Shown: positions 1-8,126 of the stretch, piece by piece
Position numbering within the stretch: the first letter of the stretch is position 1
Layout of the letters: each line of letters opens with the position of its first letter
Source of the DNA: a virus
Length of the DNA: 64,000 nt
Virus record (IMG/VR): IMGVR_UViG_3300023172_000011
Span: 1-64,000 of that record
Direction: 5' to 3' (one strand)
The notes under the pieces: generated by a model
What the model saw: only the letters and a program-made list of their open reading frames with translations
Told to the model about the DNA's origin: nothing
Database searches by the model: none
Position numbers and translations under genes: made by a program

Positions 1-44
1 AAGTGGTGAGGAATTTTGATTTTATTAATCTTTGGAGGTATTTT

Positions 45-452
45 ATGAAGAAACTTATTACTGCTACGATTTTGCTGTTTAGTTCATGTAGTTTTCTTGC
101 AGCAGACGACTGCTGCGTTCCAAGAACTGTAGTACACGGACGTACAATGCATTTCCATTATGTTACCCCGTGTGAGGTATTGCGTGGAACTGCGTGTTAT
201 ATTGGAGGGGTGGGACATCGCGTATTGCATGGAGTTGGTGCAGTTATTGCCGCACCATTTACAACGCCATACAATGTTCCAGTATACAGAAAAACATATC
301 GTTATGTTCCGCCAAGATGTATTCCGGGCAGAATGTATGAGGTACAGCAAGTTCTTCCAGCCCCTGTCCCGCCAGCATCAGAATACGATCCGGTTCCAGT
401 TCCATCTCCAGATCCTATTTCGACGCCAACAGCATATTTGCTAAAGTCCTGA
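45..452 (+). CDS. Secreted Pro/Cys-rich hypothetical protein
   Basis: GGAGG RBS before ATG at 45; signal-peptide-like N-terminus MKKLITATILLFSSCSFLAA; Pro-rich C-terminus. Confidence 0.7.
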   Translation: MKKLITATILLFSSCSFLAADDCCVPRTVVHGRTMHFHYVTPCEVLRGTACYIGGVGHRVLHGVGAVIAAPFTTPYNVPVYRKTYRYVPPRCIPGRMYEVQQVLPAPVPPASEYDPVPVPSPDPISTPTAYLLKS

Positions 453-480
453 TTCTGTAAGAATTTTCCCATCATTCCCC

Positions 481-508
481 TTGACTCTCTGGTAGGTTAT
501 GCTAAACT
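481..508 (+). promoter_or_regulatory. Sigma70-like promoter for tRNA-Lys
   Basis: TTGACT-N16-TAAACT, with TG just upstream of the -10. Confidence 0.5.
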
Positions 509-529
509 TAGTCTATCAGAGAGTTTTTT
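484..529 (+). terminator. Intrinsic terminator overlapping the tRNA-Lys promoter
   Basis: ACTCTCTGGTAGGTT / AGTCTATCAGAGAGT 15-bp stem (with G-U pairs) followed by a T-run. Confidence 0.6.
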
Positions 530-602
<73 letters not shown>

Positions 603-636
603 CTAATTTTTTTTATTACCTGTTAAGGAATTTAAA

Positions 637-831
637 ATGAATTTAGAAGATCATCTGAGTATTCTTTACAGAGAAAATTTTCAACTTGCCAAGAAAGAAT
701 TTGAAAACGAAAACGCTCTTGGCACTCGATGCAGAGAAGCATATCATGCGTATGCTATGGAATGGACTCTTGAAGATGCAGAAAAACTGATTTCTGATTT
801 TCTTGAAGAAAAGTTTCAAGACATCTATTGA
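637..831 (+). CDS. Hypothetical protein
   Basis: 64-aa ORF with AAGGA RBS. Confidence 0.65.
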   Translation: MNLEDHLSILYRENFQLAKKEFENENALGTRCREAYHAYAMEWTLEDAEKLISDFLEEKFQDIY

Positions 832-855
832 CAATGCCGATAATCATCGTACAAT
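816..855 (+). promoter_or_regulatory. Early sigma70-type promoter upstream of rIIA
   Basis: TCAAGA..TATTGACA-N16-TACAAT; same motif at 3063 and 4632. Confidence 0.7.
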
Positions 856-899
856 CAAGCCGTACAAACAACCAACCACTTTTTTGAAGGACGATTGAC

Positions 900-2792
900 A
901 TGAAGATTGAAAATGCACCACAGGACGTTACTGTTCACGGCGACTTTGCCACATCTGACTTTGCAGTTGGCGATCTCGCATTCATTGTAGACATGTTTGC
1001 TGATAAGGTTTATTCGCACAAAGAACGTGCTGTTATCCGCGAACTGGCTTGTAATGCTCATGACTCACATGTTATGGCAGGTACTACAGACATTCCATTT
1101 GATGTGCATCTGCCAACATCACTTGAGCCATTCTTTTCTATCCGCGATTATGGAACAGGTCTTGATGATTGTGAAGTCCGCACTATCTTTGCTGGTATTG
1201 GAATCTCCACAAAGCGTGATTCTAATGAAGTGATTGGATGTTTTGGTATTGGATCTCTATCTCCATACAGCATGACTGATAGTTTTACCGTTAAAAGTTA
1301 CAAGGATGGCATTTGCCGTACCTACAATTGTTATCGTGATGAGGCTCGCAAGCCGGTCGTTGCTCTGTTAGCAGAATGTGAAACAGACGAGGCTAATGGT
1401 CTTGAAGTTAGTCTGTCTGTGAATGGCAGGGTTTGTCAGTTCGAGGCTGAAGCAGAGAACGTCTTTCGCTTTTGGCAGGGAACTATTCCAAATATTAATA
1501 ACGTGCATGTTGTTTCACGATGCAAGCAGCAACGTGATGCTTATATCTTCCAGTCAGATGATTTTGGCCTGACTGGCGGCTATGGCGATATGTATGCAAT
1601 TATGGGTAATATTTCTTACAGAATTCCTTATGAATTGTGCGACATCCACGCTGGTGGGTACTTAAAGTTTGAACTTGGCGAATTAGATTTTGATACTGCT
1701 CGTGAAAATCTGTCAATGACAGATAAGGTCAGGGCTGCTGTTAAGGCAAAATTTGAACTTGTTAGAGCACAACTTCATGATCTGGTAACGCAGAAGATTG
1801 AAGCTGAGCCTACTCCATTCAAGCGAGCGATCATGTCTCAACGTTTGAACTCTGGGAGTATTGGCAACAATGCTAAGATTAGGATGGCGGATTATACGCT
1901 GCCACCTACATCAGAAGCTATGGAAGTATTCACGACTAATCATCGTCGTACTACAGAGAAGATCGAAACAACAAATCTTCCTCTTGGTAATAATGTTGAA
2001 TACTATGAATATAAGCCTCGTATGACTCAGCGTGTGAGGAATTATGTTAAGGATACAGGATGTAAAGTAGTTCTGCTGACTCCGCAGCAGATTTCTGAGT
2101 GTAAGATTGACACTGATGTTTTGCTGGATCTTGATGACCTGCCAAAAATTGAACGTTCCTACGTCCGTAGCAGCGGTCCTGTAGTTAAGACATTTGCATT
2201 TAGCTATAGCGAACGTTGTCATGGTAAGAAGTCTGATCACTGGAATGCTATTGATGTTGATACAGAATCTGAAGAACTCGTATACGTTGAGATCAATCGT
2301 TGGGAAATTCAGAGCTACAGCGTCATTAGCAGAGATGCATGGCAGCTTAATGACTCTATCAAGACATTGAAAGCGAACGGAATCAACGTGCCAACAGTAC
2401 ATGGATTGAAGTCCGCTTACATTAAAGGCAAGGCATTCTCTTCAAGTAACTGGATTCATATTGACGACTACGTTAAGCGTGAAGTAGCAAAAAATGCTCC
2501 TAATGGGGTATACATCTACAGCAGTACTGACTTTGACAGGATGCAAGAACTTCACAATAAAATTGAGAGTCCAGAGTTGACAGAGTGGAAAGAGTATGTT
2601 AATATGATTCCTGAGAGGAACATCGCCACCATCGCTAAGAGAATTGGTATCGAAGTTAAGGAAGATACAATCTTCCAAGAATGGATGGATGCTTTTTTCA
2701 AGAAGTATCCGCTGGTTCAATTGGTTGATTCCTACAAGATTGGCAGGAATCCGGAAGCATTCGCACCCTATATTGGAGGTACTGTACGATGA
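900..2792 (+). CDS. rIIA: rIIA-like protein (N-terminal GHKL/Hsp90-like ATPase)
   Basis: VYSHKERAVIRELACNAHDSH, IRDYGTGL, STKRDSNEVIGCFGIG, SRE/ARENL motifs typical of T4 rIIA; rIIB lies downstream. Confidence 0.88.
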   Translation: MKIENAPQDVTVHGDFATSDFAVGDLAFIVDMFADKVYSHKERAVIRELACNAHDSHVMAGTTDIPFDVHLPTSLEPFFSIRDYGTGLDDCEVRTIFAGIGISTKRDSNEVIGCFGIGSLSPYSMTDSFTVKSYKDGICRTYNCYRDEARKPVVALLAECETDEANGLEVSLSVNGRVCQFEAEAENVFRFWQGTIPNINNVHVVSRCKQQRDAYIFQSDDFGLTGGYGDMYAIMGNISYRIPYELCDIHAGGYLKFELGELDFDTARENLSMTDKVRAAVKAKFELVRAQLHDLVTQKIEAEPTPFKRAIMSQRLNSGSIGNNAKIRMADYTLPPTSEAMEVFTTNHRRTTEKIETTNLPLGNNVEYYEYKPRMTQRVRNYVKDTGCKVVLLTPQQISECKIDTDVLLDLDDLPKIERSYVRSSGPVVKTFAFSYSERCHGKKSDHWNAIDVDTESEELVYVEINRWEIQSYSVISRDAWQLNDSIKTLKANGINVPTVHGLKSAYIKGKAFSSSNWIHIDDYVKREVAKNAPNGVYIYSSTDFDRMQELHNKIESPELTEWKEYVNMIPERNIATIAKRIGIEVKEDTIFQEWMDAFFKKYPLVQLVDSYKIGRNPEAFAPYIGGTVR

Positions 2793-3094
2793 CAACAATG
2801 GTAAGAACCCCACGACCTATTCCAGTAAAGGAAGAAGTTATGCCTCAAAAGAAATCTCCAAGTATCCCAGAAGAACTTCTATTGGAGTTCGTTGGTAATA
2901 TTCCGAACCTTTTCAAAATTGACCAGCATCATATCTGGAATAATCGCTATCGAATTAACGTATGGACGCAAGAATGGGCTGAAGGTCGTTTTTGCCCAAC
3001 AAATAGAATCGCCAAGTCTTTCTATCTTTTATATGAAGATGGGAAAATTTTTGACAAAACTATCAAGAAGCGTATTGACATTGACGATAAGTAA
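2789..3094 (+). CDS. Hypothetical phage protein
   Basis: 101-aa ORF coupled to rIIA by an ATGA overlap. Confidence 0.7.
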   Translation: MTTMVRTPRPIPVKEEVMPQKKSPSIPEELLLEFVGNIPNLFKIDQHHIWNNRYRINVWTQEWAEGRFCPTNRIAKSFYLLYEDGKIFDKTIKKRIDIDDK

Positions 3095-3102
3095 GTTATA
3101 AT
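3063..3102 (+). promoter_or_regulatory. Early sigma70-type promoter upstream of rIIB
   Basis: TCAAGAAGCGTATTGACA-N16-TATAAT. Confidence 0.75.
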
Positions 3103-3143
3103 GAACTGGTATCTTATTTTCACTTTGACAGGAGTTTTGAATT

Positions 3144-3998
3144 ATGTTGACGCACATTAAGAGTAATGACAATCATTGGACTGTAGTTTTAAATGGTCAG
3201 CCACACCAGTTTGACCATACACATCCTCACTACACAGATCTTGTATCATGCGTTCATTCAGATGATTCAGATAAGTTTGTAGAACTGCTCCAATCTGGCA
3301 ATGAAATTGAGGATTGGTCAGAGGGCGACTTTGAGTTTCGCAATGGCTTCTTGTATTTTGAAGATGAGCAGATTGCTACTCAGCCAACTAATCGTATCGT
3401 AGAATTAATTCGTCAAGGATTTCCCCACCAGCCCATGCTTAACTATCTAACAAATCTTTATGATAATGTTAGTGAGCGTGCTGTTCAAGAATCTTATACT
3501 TGGTCGAGCCATAAGGGTTTGCCAATTACTGACGACGGTATGATGGTAGGCTACAAGGGTGTACGTGCTCATGCTGGCGATCCCATCACTGTTAAGAACG
3601 GTGAAGTTAAAGAAGGTGATCTCGTAGACATCTACACTGGCAAGACATTCCGTAATAATGTCGGAGATAAGTGCGTTATGAAACGCCGCCAAGTTTGTGA
3701 CGATCATACTAAGGGATGCGATTCTGGTCTGCACGTTGGTACTTATGAGTACGCATCAGATTGGGCTGGTCCAACTGGTGTAGTTGTTCTGGTTAAATTT
3801 AATCCAAAGGATATTGTAAGCGTTCCATCTGACTGTGAATGTCAGAAGATGCGAGTTAGTGAGTATGAAGTTATCGCCATTGCTCGTGAGCAGCTTCAAG
3901 AAGCCGTATACGAGTATGAGGACGATGGAGAAACATACGATTATGATGATACAGCAGAGACAGAGGAAGATTACTATGAAGAAGATGTGAACTTCTAA
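3144..3998 (+). CDS. rIIB: rIIB-like protein
   Basis: LPITDDGMMVGYKGV, CDSGLHVG, VKFNPKDIVSVPSD, KMRVSEYEV motifs; acidic tail. Confidence 0.9.
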   Translation: MLTHIKSNDNHWTVVLNGQPHQFDHTHPHYTDLVSCVHSDDSDKFVELLQSGNEIEDWSEGDFEFRNGFLYFEDEQIATQPTNRIVELIRQGFPHQPMLNYLTNLYDNVSERAVQESYTWSSHKGLPITDDGMMVGYKGVRAHAGDPITVKNGEVKEGDLVDIYTGKTFRNNVGDKCVMKRRQVCDDHTKGCDSGLHVGTYEYASDWAGPTGVVVLVKFNPKDIVSVPSDCECQKMRVSEYEVIAIAREQLQEAVYEYEDDGETYDYDDTAETEEDYYEEDVNF

Positions 3999-4014
3999 TC
4001 GTGGTTGGTTAGAC

Positions 4015-4093
4015 GAGATCGAAAGTCGGATGCCTTGAGCTATTAGACAGATGGACAACACTAGACTCGCGGGTGAAAATCCCGCTCGATCTC
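4015..4093 (+). ncRNA. Putative tRNA-like structured RNA
   Basis: GAGATCGA/TCGATCTC 8-bp closing stem stacked on a GCGGG-TGAAAAT-CCCGC T-arm-like hairpin; 79 nt; no canonical anticodon arm. Confidence 0.4.
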
Positions 4094-4121
4094 TTTCTTA
4101 TTTTCTTAGGAGATAATTATA

Positions 4122-4289
4122 ATGAGCACAGAAATTGATTGGGAGCGAGAGCAGGTAATTAAGGCAATTGACTTTTTAGAAAACCAATTAAGAAATACCA
4201 GCGATCATTTTCAAAAAAAGGAAGTCATTCAAAATATTGGCAATCTGAAGAAAAGACTTCTCGAACTAACTGCAAAAGTATTTAACTGA
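4122..4289 (+). CDS. Small hypothetical protein (55 aa, below the ORF-track cutoff)
   Basis: AGGAG RBS; MSTEIDWEREQVIKAIDFLENQ...VFN*. Confidence 0.7.
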   Translation: MSTEIDWEREQVIKAIDFLENQLRNTSDHFQKKEVIQNIGNLKKRLLELTAKVFN

Positions 4290-4384
4290 CTATATACAAT
4301 AAGGAAGCCATGCTGTTCCTACTAAGAGTTCGCATCCTTCAAAGCGGATGGGCTAGGAATCATCAGGACACTAACCACTACAAC

Positions 4385-4457
4385 GGGGATGTAGCTCAGT
4401 GGTAAGAGTAGTGTTCTTATAAAGCATTGGTCGTGGGTTCGATTCCCACCATCCCTA
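4385..4457 (+). tRNA. tRNA-Ile(UAU)
   Basis: GGGGATG/CATCCCT acceptor stem, anticodon loop CT-TAT-AA, GGTTCGATTCC T loop. Confidence 0.88.
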
Positions 4458-4462
4458 CTTAC

Positions 4463-4535
4463 GCTCGTGTAGCATAACGGATAATGCAGCAGGTTTCTAC
4501 CCTGCGGATTGTGGGTTCGAATCCTACCGCGAGCA
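4463..4535 (+). tRNA. tRNA-Arg(UCU)
   Basis: GCAGG-TTTCTAC-CCTGC anticodon arm; GGTTCGAATCC T loop. Confidence 0.9.
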
Positions 4536-4539
4536 TTAA

Positions 4540-4624
4540 CTCGACATGGCGGAATAGGCAGACGCACCGGACTTAAAATCCGGTTCCTGTAGTGGGAGTG
4601 AGGGTTCAAGTCCCTCTGTCGAGA
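4540..4624 (+). tRNA. tRNA-Leu(UAA)
   Basis: CTCGACA/TGTCGAG acceptor stem; CCGGA-CTTAAAA-TCCGG anticodon arm; long variable arm. Confidence 0.92.
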
Positions 4625-4631
4625 TTTTTCT

Positions 4632-4670
4632 TCAAGAACCTATTGACATAAGCCGATAGTATGTTATAAT
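4632..4670 (+). promoter_or_regulatory. Early sigma70-type promoter
   Basis: TCAAGAACCTATTGACA-N16-TATAAT. Confidence 0.75.
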
Positions 4671-4710
4671 CAAGACATACTCATTGGCTTTCTTTTTTTG
4701 GAGGTGAACT

Positions 4711-5307
4711 ATGAACATTTTTGTACTCTCTTATGACCCCGTAGAAGCGGCAGAGATGCACTGTGACAAGCACTGCGTAAAGATGGTGGTAGAACTATAT
4801 CAGCAGCTTGGATCGGCTCTACGGCGACATGGTGCGACTGACAGCCAAATGCCACTCACTCAGTCAGGCAAGCCACTTCGCGGCGGCTATCATCACCATC
4901 CTTGCACTCAATGGTGCGGTGATTCACGCAGCAATTTTGAATGGGCGGCGTGTCACGCCATTGCCTTAGCAGAAGAATATACTGAGCGATACGGCAAGGA
5001 ACATGCTTGTAGTGCCGGTATACGGCAGATGGCAACGATGTCCGACATGATTCCAGAAGGCAATATGACTCCTTTTGCTCAAGCCATGCCAGATGAATAT
5101 CGCAACGCCTCAGCAGTTGTTGCATATCGTGACTACTATTTTTACGATAAACGAGAAAACATTCAATGCGAATGGAACAAGAGACGACCTGCACCAGACT
5201 GGTGGAACTCAATGTTAGTTATGGACGAGCTTGTGAGGCAGGCACAACAATTAAACATGGACAAAAATGATCTAAACAACTATAAATATTCTAAGGAGAT
5301 GGTATGA
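4711..5307 (+). CDS. Pyrimidine-dimer DNA glycosylase/endonuclease V-like protein
   Basis: MNIFVL..DP..AA..HCDKH.VKM..E..Q.L, HHPCTQW, FAQAMPDEY, AYRDYY motifs. Confidence 0.82.
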   Translation: MNIFVLSYDPVEAAEMHCDKHCVKMVVELYQQLGSALRRHGATDSQMPLTQSGKPLRGGYHHHPCTQWCGDSRSNFEWAACHAIALAEEYTERYGKEHACSAGIRQMATMSDMIPEGNMTPFAQAMPDEYRNASAVVAYRDYYFYDKRENIQCEWNKRRPAPDWWNSMLVMDELVRQAQQLNMDKNDLNNYKYSKEMV

Positions 5308-5630
5308 GTGATAGATTTGAACTGGAAACGGAACTAAATAGAATATTGGCAACTATAGATGATCTACGACTTGTTGCTAAAAATCCCGATCCTGATTTAA
5401 TCATAGCTATTGCCAATTTGCTAGATAGAAAATACGAGGCAATATTTGATTGTTTTTGCAGGACATTTAAGCTGGATGACTATGCTGAAGAAAGGACTGA
5501 AGAAGCAGTAAATAAAACTTTTAGAGACCTGCAAAGAACTAAGAAAGTATTAAAGGAGCTTTGGACAGTAGGCCAGTTTATTCCTGAGCCATTAGCACAA
5601 CAAATTGAGGAGATTCTAAATGACGCTTGA
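5304..5630 (+). CDS. Hypothetical protein
   Basis: 108-aa ORF, ATGA coupling. Confidence 0.7.
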   Translation: MSDRFELETELNRILATIDDLRLVAKNPDPDLIIAIANLLDRKYEAIFDCFCRTFKLDDYAEERTEEAVNKTFRDLQRTKKVLKELWTVGQFIPEPLAQQIEEILNDA

Positions 5631-5787
5631 AGAACTAAAAGATTACTTGATTTCTGAAATCGAAACACTTGAAGAACAAAACGAAAGTTCTCGTAAGCAC
5701 GAGGATTGGATCACTCTTGTTAAGGGTGAAACTGTTCAATGGCATTGTAAGTTTATCTTAGAATTGCTTGAAAAAGGAATGGAGTGA
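5620..5787 (+). CDS. Small hypothetical protein (55 aa)
   Basis: GAGGAG RBS; MTLEELKDYLISEIETLEEQ...GME*; fills the gap between neighbours. Confidence 0.7.
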   Translation: MTLEELKDYLISEIETLEEQNESSRKHEDWITLVKGETVQWHCKFILELLEKGME

Positions 5788-5790
5788 TTT

Positions 5791-6036
5791 ATGTACTGCA
5801 TTGGAAATTGTTACTGCTGGGCCTTGATACTTAGATTATTTTATGGAGGCAAGATCTTTGTTTACAGTAGTGAACTTGGACCAAAGGGCAAAGATATCAA
5901 GCATTACATGCTAAGAGATAGGAATGGGAAGATTCGACATTTTAAGAGAGTGTTTGATATTTTTCCACCACCATTATGCTTCCTATGTTTTATAGGAAAA
6001 ATCGAGTCATCAGGTAAAAGAAGGAGGGTAGCATGA
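5791..6036 (+). CDS. Hypothetical protein
   Basis: 81-aa ORF with GGAG RBS. Confidence 0.6.
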   Translation: MYCIGNCYCWALILRLFYGGKIFVYSSELGPKGKDIKHYMLRDRNGKIRHFKRVFDIFPPPLCFLCFIGKIESSGKRRRVA

Positions 6037-6629
6037 GTCGCAGGTTTGACCATAGAGATGTAAATACTTTCAAGAAGGATATTTACTTTAGCACGCAGAT
6101 AGAAAAGTATTTCTTTAATAAGTGGATGGATATATGTCAACCACTTGACTATATCAATGTAACTAATCCCAGAGACAATGGAGTAGATAATGAAGGTGCG
6201 TTTATTGCTAAAGGAAATACTGCTGGTGCTGACTACATGGTTGACCTGTCCTATCATTCATTGGATATTTCTGACATGCCTTTAGAAATTAAATGGGTTC
6301 CAACATTTGGAAAACTCACCCTAAAGGTTGCAGATCTAAAATCATATATTAAGGAAAATGCCGGAATCTTATTTATCTATCCGTCAGAAAAAACGATGGA
6401 CTTGAAAAAGCCTAAAGATTATAACTTGACAAGACATATTGCTAAGATAGAATCTATATCAGATATTCTAAGATGGAGCCTAATGTCTCCCGGACAAGTA
6501 CGATATTTTTTGGAATATGCTGAAGACAACAACAAGATTGAGTCGATATATTACATGGGAAATAAACCCGGAATCATTCTGAAGCAAGAAAGGTTTATTG
6601 ACTGGTTCACAGAGGAGAAGTGGTCATAG
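6033..6629 (+). CDS. Hypothetical protein, possible PD-(D/E)xK nuclease fold
   Basis: GADYMV...PLEIK spacing resembles D...ExK. Confidence 0.5.
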   Translation: MSRRFDHRDVNTFKKDIYFSTQIEKYFFNKWMDICQPLDYINVTNPRDNGVDNEGAFIAKGNTAGADYMVDLSYHSLDISDMPLEIKWVPTFGKLTLKVADLKSYIKENAGILFIYPSEKTMDLKKPKDYNLTRHIAKIESISDILRWSLMSPGQVRYFLEYAEDNNKIESIYYMGNKPGIILKQERFIDWFTEEKWS

Positions 6630-6691
6630 CTAATTCATGGAGTATACTTTGCTGGAGGGTCATCTTTTAACCATTCAGTGGAGCACAAGTC

Positions 6692-7093
6692 ATGAAGTTT
6701 TTCCTGCACTTGGGATTCATCTTGTGGATTACTTTTGTTGGCATATTTGATACGGTAATTACGTACTTAACAAGAAGTACAATTGTAGTTTTAGAAAAAA
6801 ATCCAATATCACTATTCCTCATTACCACATTTGGATTAAGTTTTTTCCTGTCAATTAAATTGATACTAACATGCTTAGTAGCCTGCCTTTTGTTTTACAT
6901 GGCTCTTGCCAGAAAAAATAAGCCTTGGCTTCCTAAAAAGGTTTTAAGCTACATTGATATAATAATTATAATAATATTCATATTCCAGACATGGCTGTTC
7001 TATTATCTAAATTGGAGCGGTGGAGAGTTATTTGAAATTGATTCTGTTGTTTGGAGAATGTTTATTGATTTCTGGAAAGATTTAATAAAATGA
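6692..7093 (+). CDS. Membrane protein, DUF5658-like
   Basis: Several TM helices with a D..IT......EKNPI motif. Confidence 0.6.
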   Translation: MKFFLHLGFILWITFVGIFDTVITYLTRSTIVVLEKNPISLFLITTFGLSFFLSIKLILTCLVACLLFYMALARKNKPWLPKKVLSYIDIIIIIIFIFQTWLFYYLNWSGGELFEIDSVVWRMFIDFWKDLIK

Positions 7094-7311
7094 TCAAAAC
7101 AATAATTGATGAGTTTATATTAAAAACTTCTGATGACAAATTAACAGTTCAAGGACCAAGTGGAAAAAGCAAACAGATTCCTATTGACAAGTTCTTAGAA
7201 AGTGGTATGATCATACTTCCAAAGAAGCTGTATGATAAAATTAGGACAAACTTAAAAGCAGCAAATCAATACGATAAATTTATGGATAAAATATATGACA
7301 GTTATCAGTGA
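7090..7311 (+). CDS. Hypothetical protein
   Basis: 73-aa coupled ORF. Confidence 0.6.
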   Translation: MIKTIIDEFILKTSDDKLTVQGPSGKSKQIPIDKFLESGMIILPKKLYDKIRTNLKAANQYDKFMDKIYDSYQ

Positions 7312-7537
7312 AAAATCTTGGATCGTTACTTATAAATATTTAATGGGAAAGATTAATTATACTCAACTACATTTCCTTCTAACAATGGAAGGATTAACTG
7401 AAGATGAAATGGACGAGATTGTAGAAAAAGCCGCTTTGTACTACTCTCATGCTATGAAAATAAGAGTGATAGGATCTTGGATAATTCTATCCTTAATAGC
7501 ATTTGGATCACTCGCGATTGGCTACGTATTTCTTTAA
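7295..7537 (+). CDS. Hypothetical membrane protein
   Basis: C-terminal TM helix. Confidence 0.65.
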   Translation: MTVISEKSWIVTYKYLMGKINYTQLHFLLTMEGLTEDEMDEIVEKAALYYSHAMKIRVIGSWIILSLIAFGSLAIGYVFL

Positions 7538-7550
7538 GGGGTAAATTACT

Positions 7551-7889
7551 ATGGTTGTCTATGTTTTAGTTGAATATATGATGCCCGATGCTAAGAAGGA
7601 TGGATCTGTGGCCCTTCTTGGCGTTTTTGATAATGAGGAACTGGCAGAACAGCATAGAGAAGAATTGACAAATGATGAAGATGAAGATATCGTTTTCTAT
7701 GAGATACTTGAATATCAGATGAATATTTTACAAGAACCAGAAGAAGAACAAGATATATCAGATGATCTTCAAGAACTAATGAAGAAAGAGATTATTGATT
7801 ATACTATTGGTGAAGACGGTGAGTTTTATTTTCATCTAACAGATAAGGGAAAAGAAATTGTTAGAGGAAAAAGAGATACGGAGGATTAA
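7551..7889 (+). CDS. Acidic hypothetical protein
   Basis: 112-aa ORF. Confidence 0.7.
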   Translation: MVVYVLVEYMMPDAKKDGSVALLGVFDNEELAEQHREELTNDEDEDIVFYEILEYQMNILQEPEEEQDISDDLQELMKKEIIDYTIGEDGEFYFHLTDKGKEIVRGKRDTED

Positions 7890-7893
7890 TTAA

Positions 7894-7965
7894 TACCTTG
7901 TGGTGTAATCGGTAGCACAGCAGATTTTGGTTCTGCTAGTTGGGGTTCAAGTCCCTGCGAGGTAA
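7894..7965 (+). tRNA. tRNA-Gln(UUG)
   Basis: TACCTTG/CGAGGTA acceptor stem; GCAGA-TTTTGGT-TCTGC anticodon arm. Confidence 0.9.
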
Positions 7966-7971
7966 TGTAAT

Positions 7972-8052
7972 GCCGGAGTGGTGAAATGGCAGACACGCTA
8001 GATTTAGGATCTAGTGCCGCAAGGCGTGCAGGTTCAAGTCCTGTCTCCGGTA
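7972..8052 (+). tRNA. tRNA-Leu(UAG)
   Basis: GCCGGAG/CTCCGGT acceptor stem; CTAGA-TTTAGGA-TCTAG anticodon arm; long variable arm. Confidence 0.92.
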
Positions 8053-8053
8053 A

Positions 8054-8125
8054 TCCGAAATAGCTCAATGGTAGAGCAATCGGCTGTTAACCGATGGGTT
8101 ATAGGTTCGAGTCCTATTTTCGGAG
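8054..8125 (+). tRNA. tRNA-Asn(GUU)
   Basis: TCCGAAA/TTTCGGA acceptor stem; ATCGG-CTGTTAA-CCGAT anticodon arm. Confidence 0.92.
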
Positions 8126-8126
8126 C

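Noticed and set aside
4316-4370. CATCC-TTCAAAGC-GGATG hairpin as a possible tRNA-Sec/UCA suppressor
   Set aside because: The loop is 8 nt and there is no T arm or acceptor stem; it is only a hairpin in the tRNA leader.
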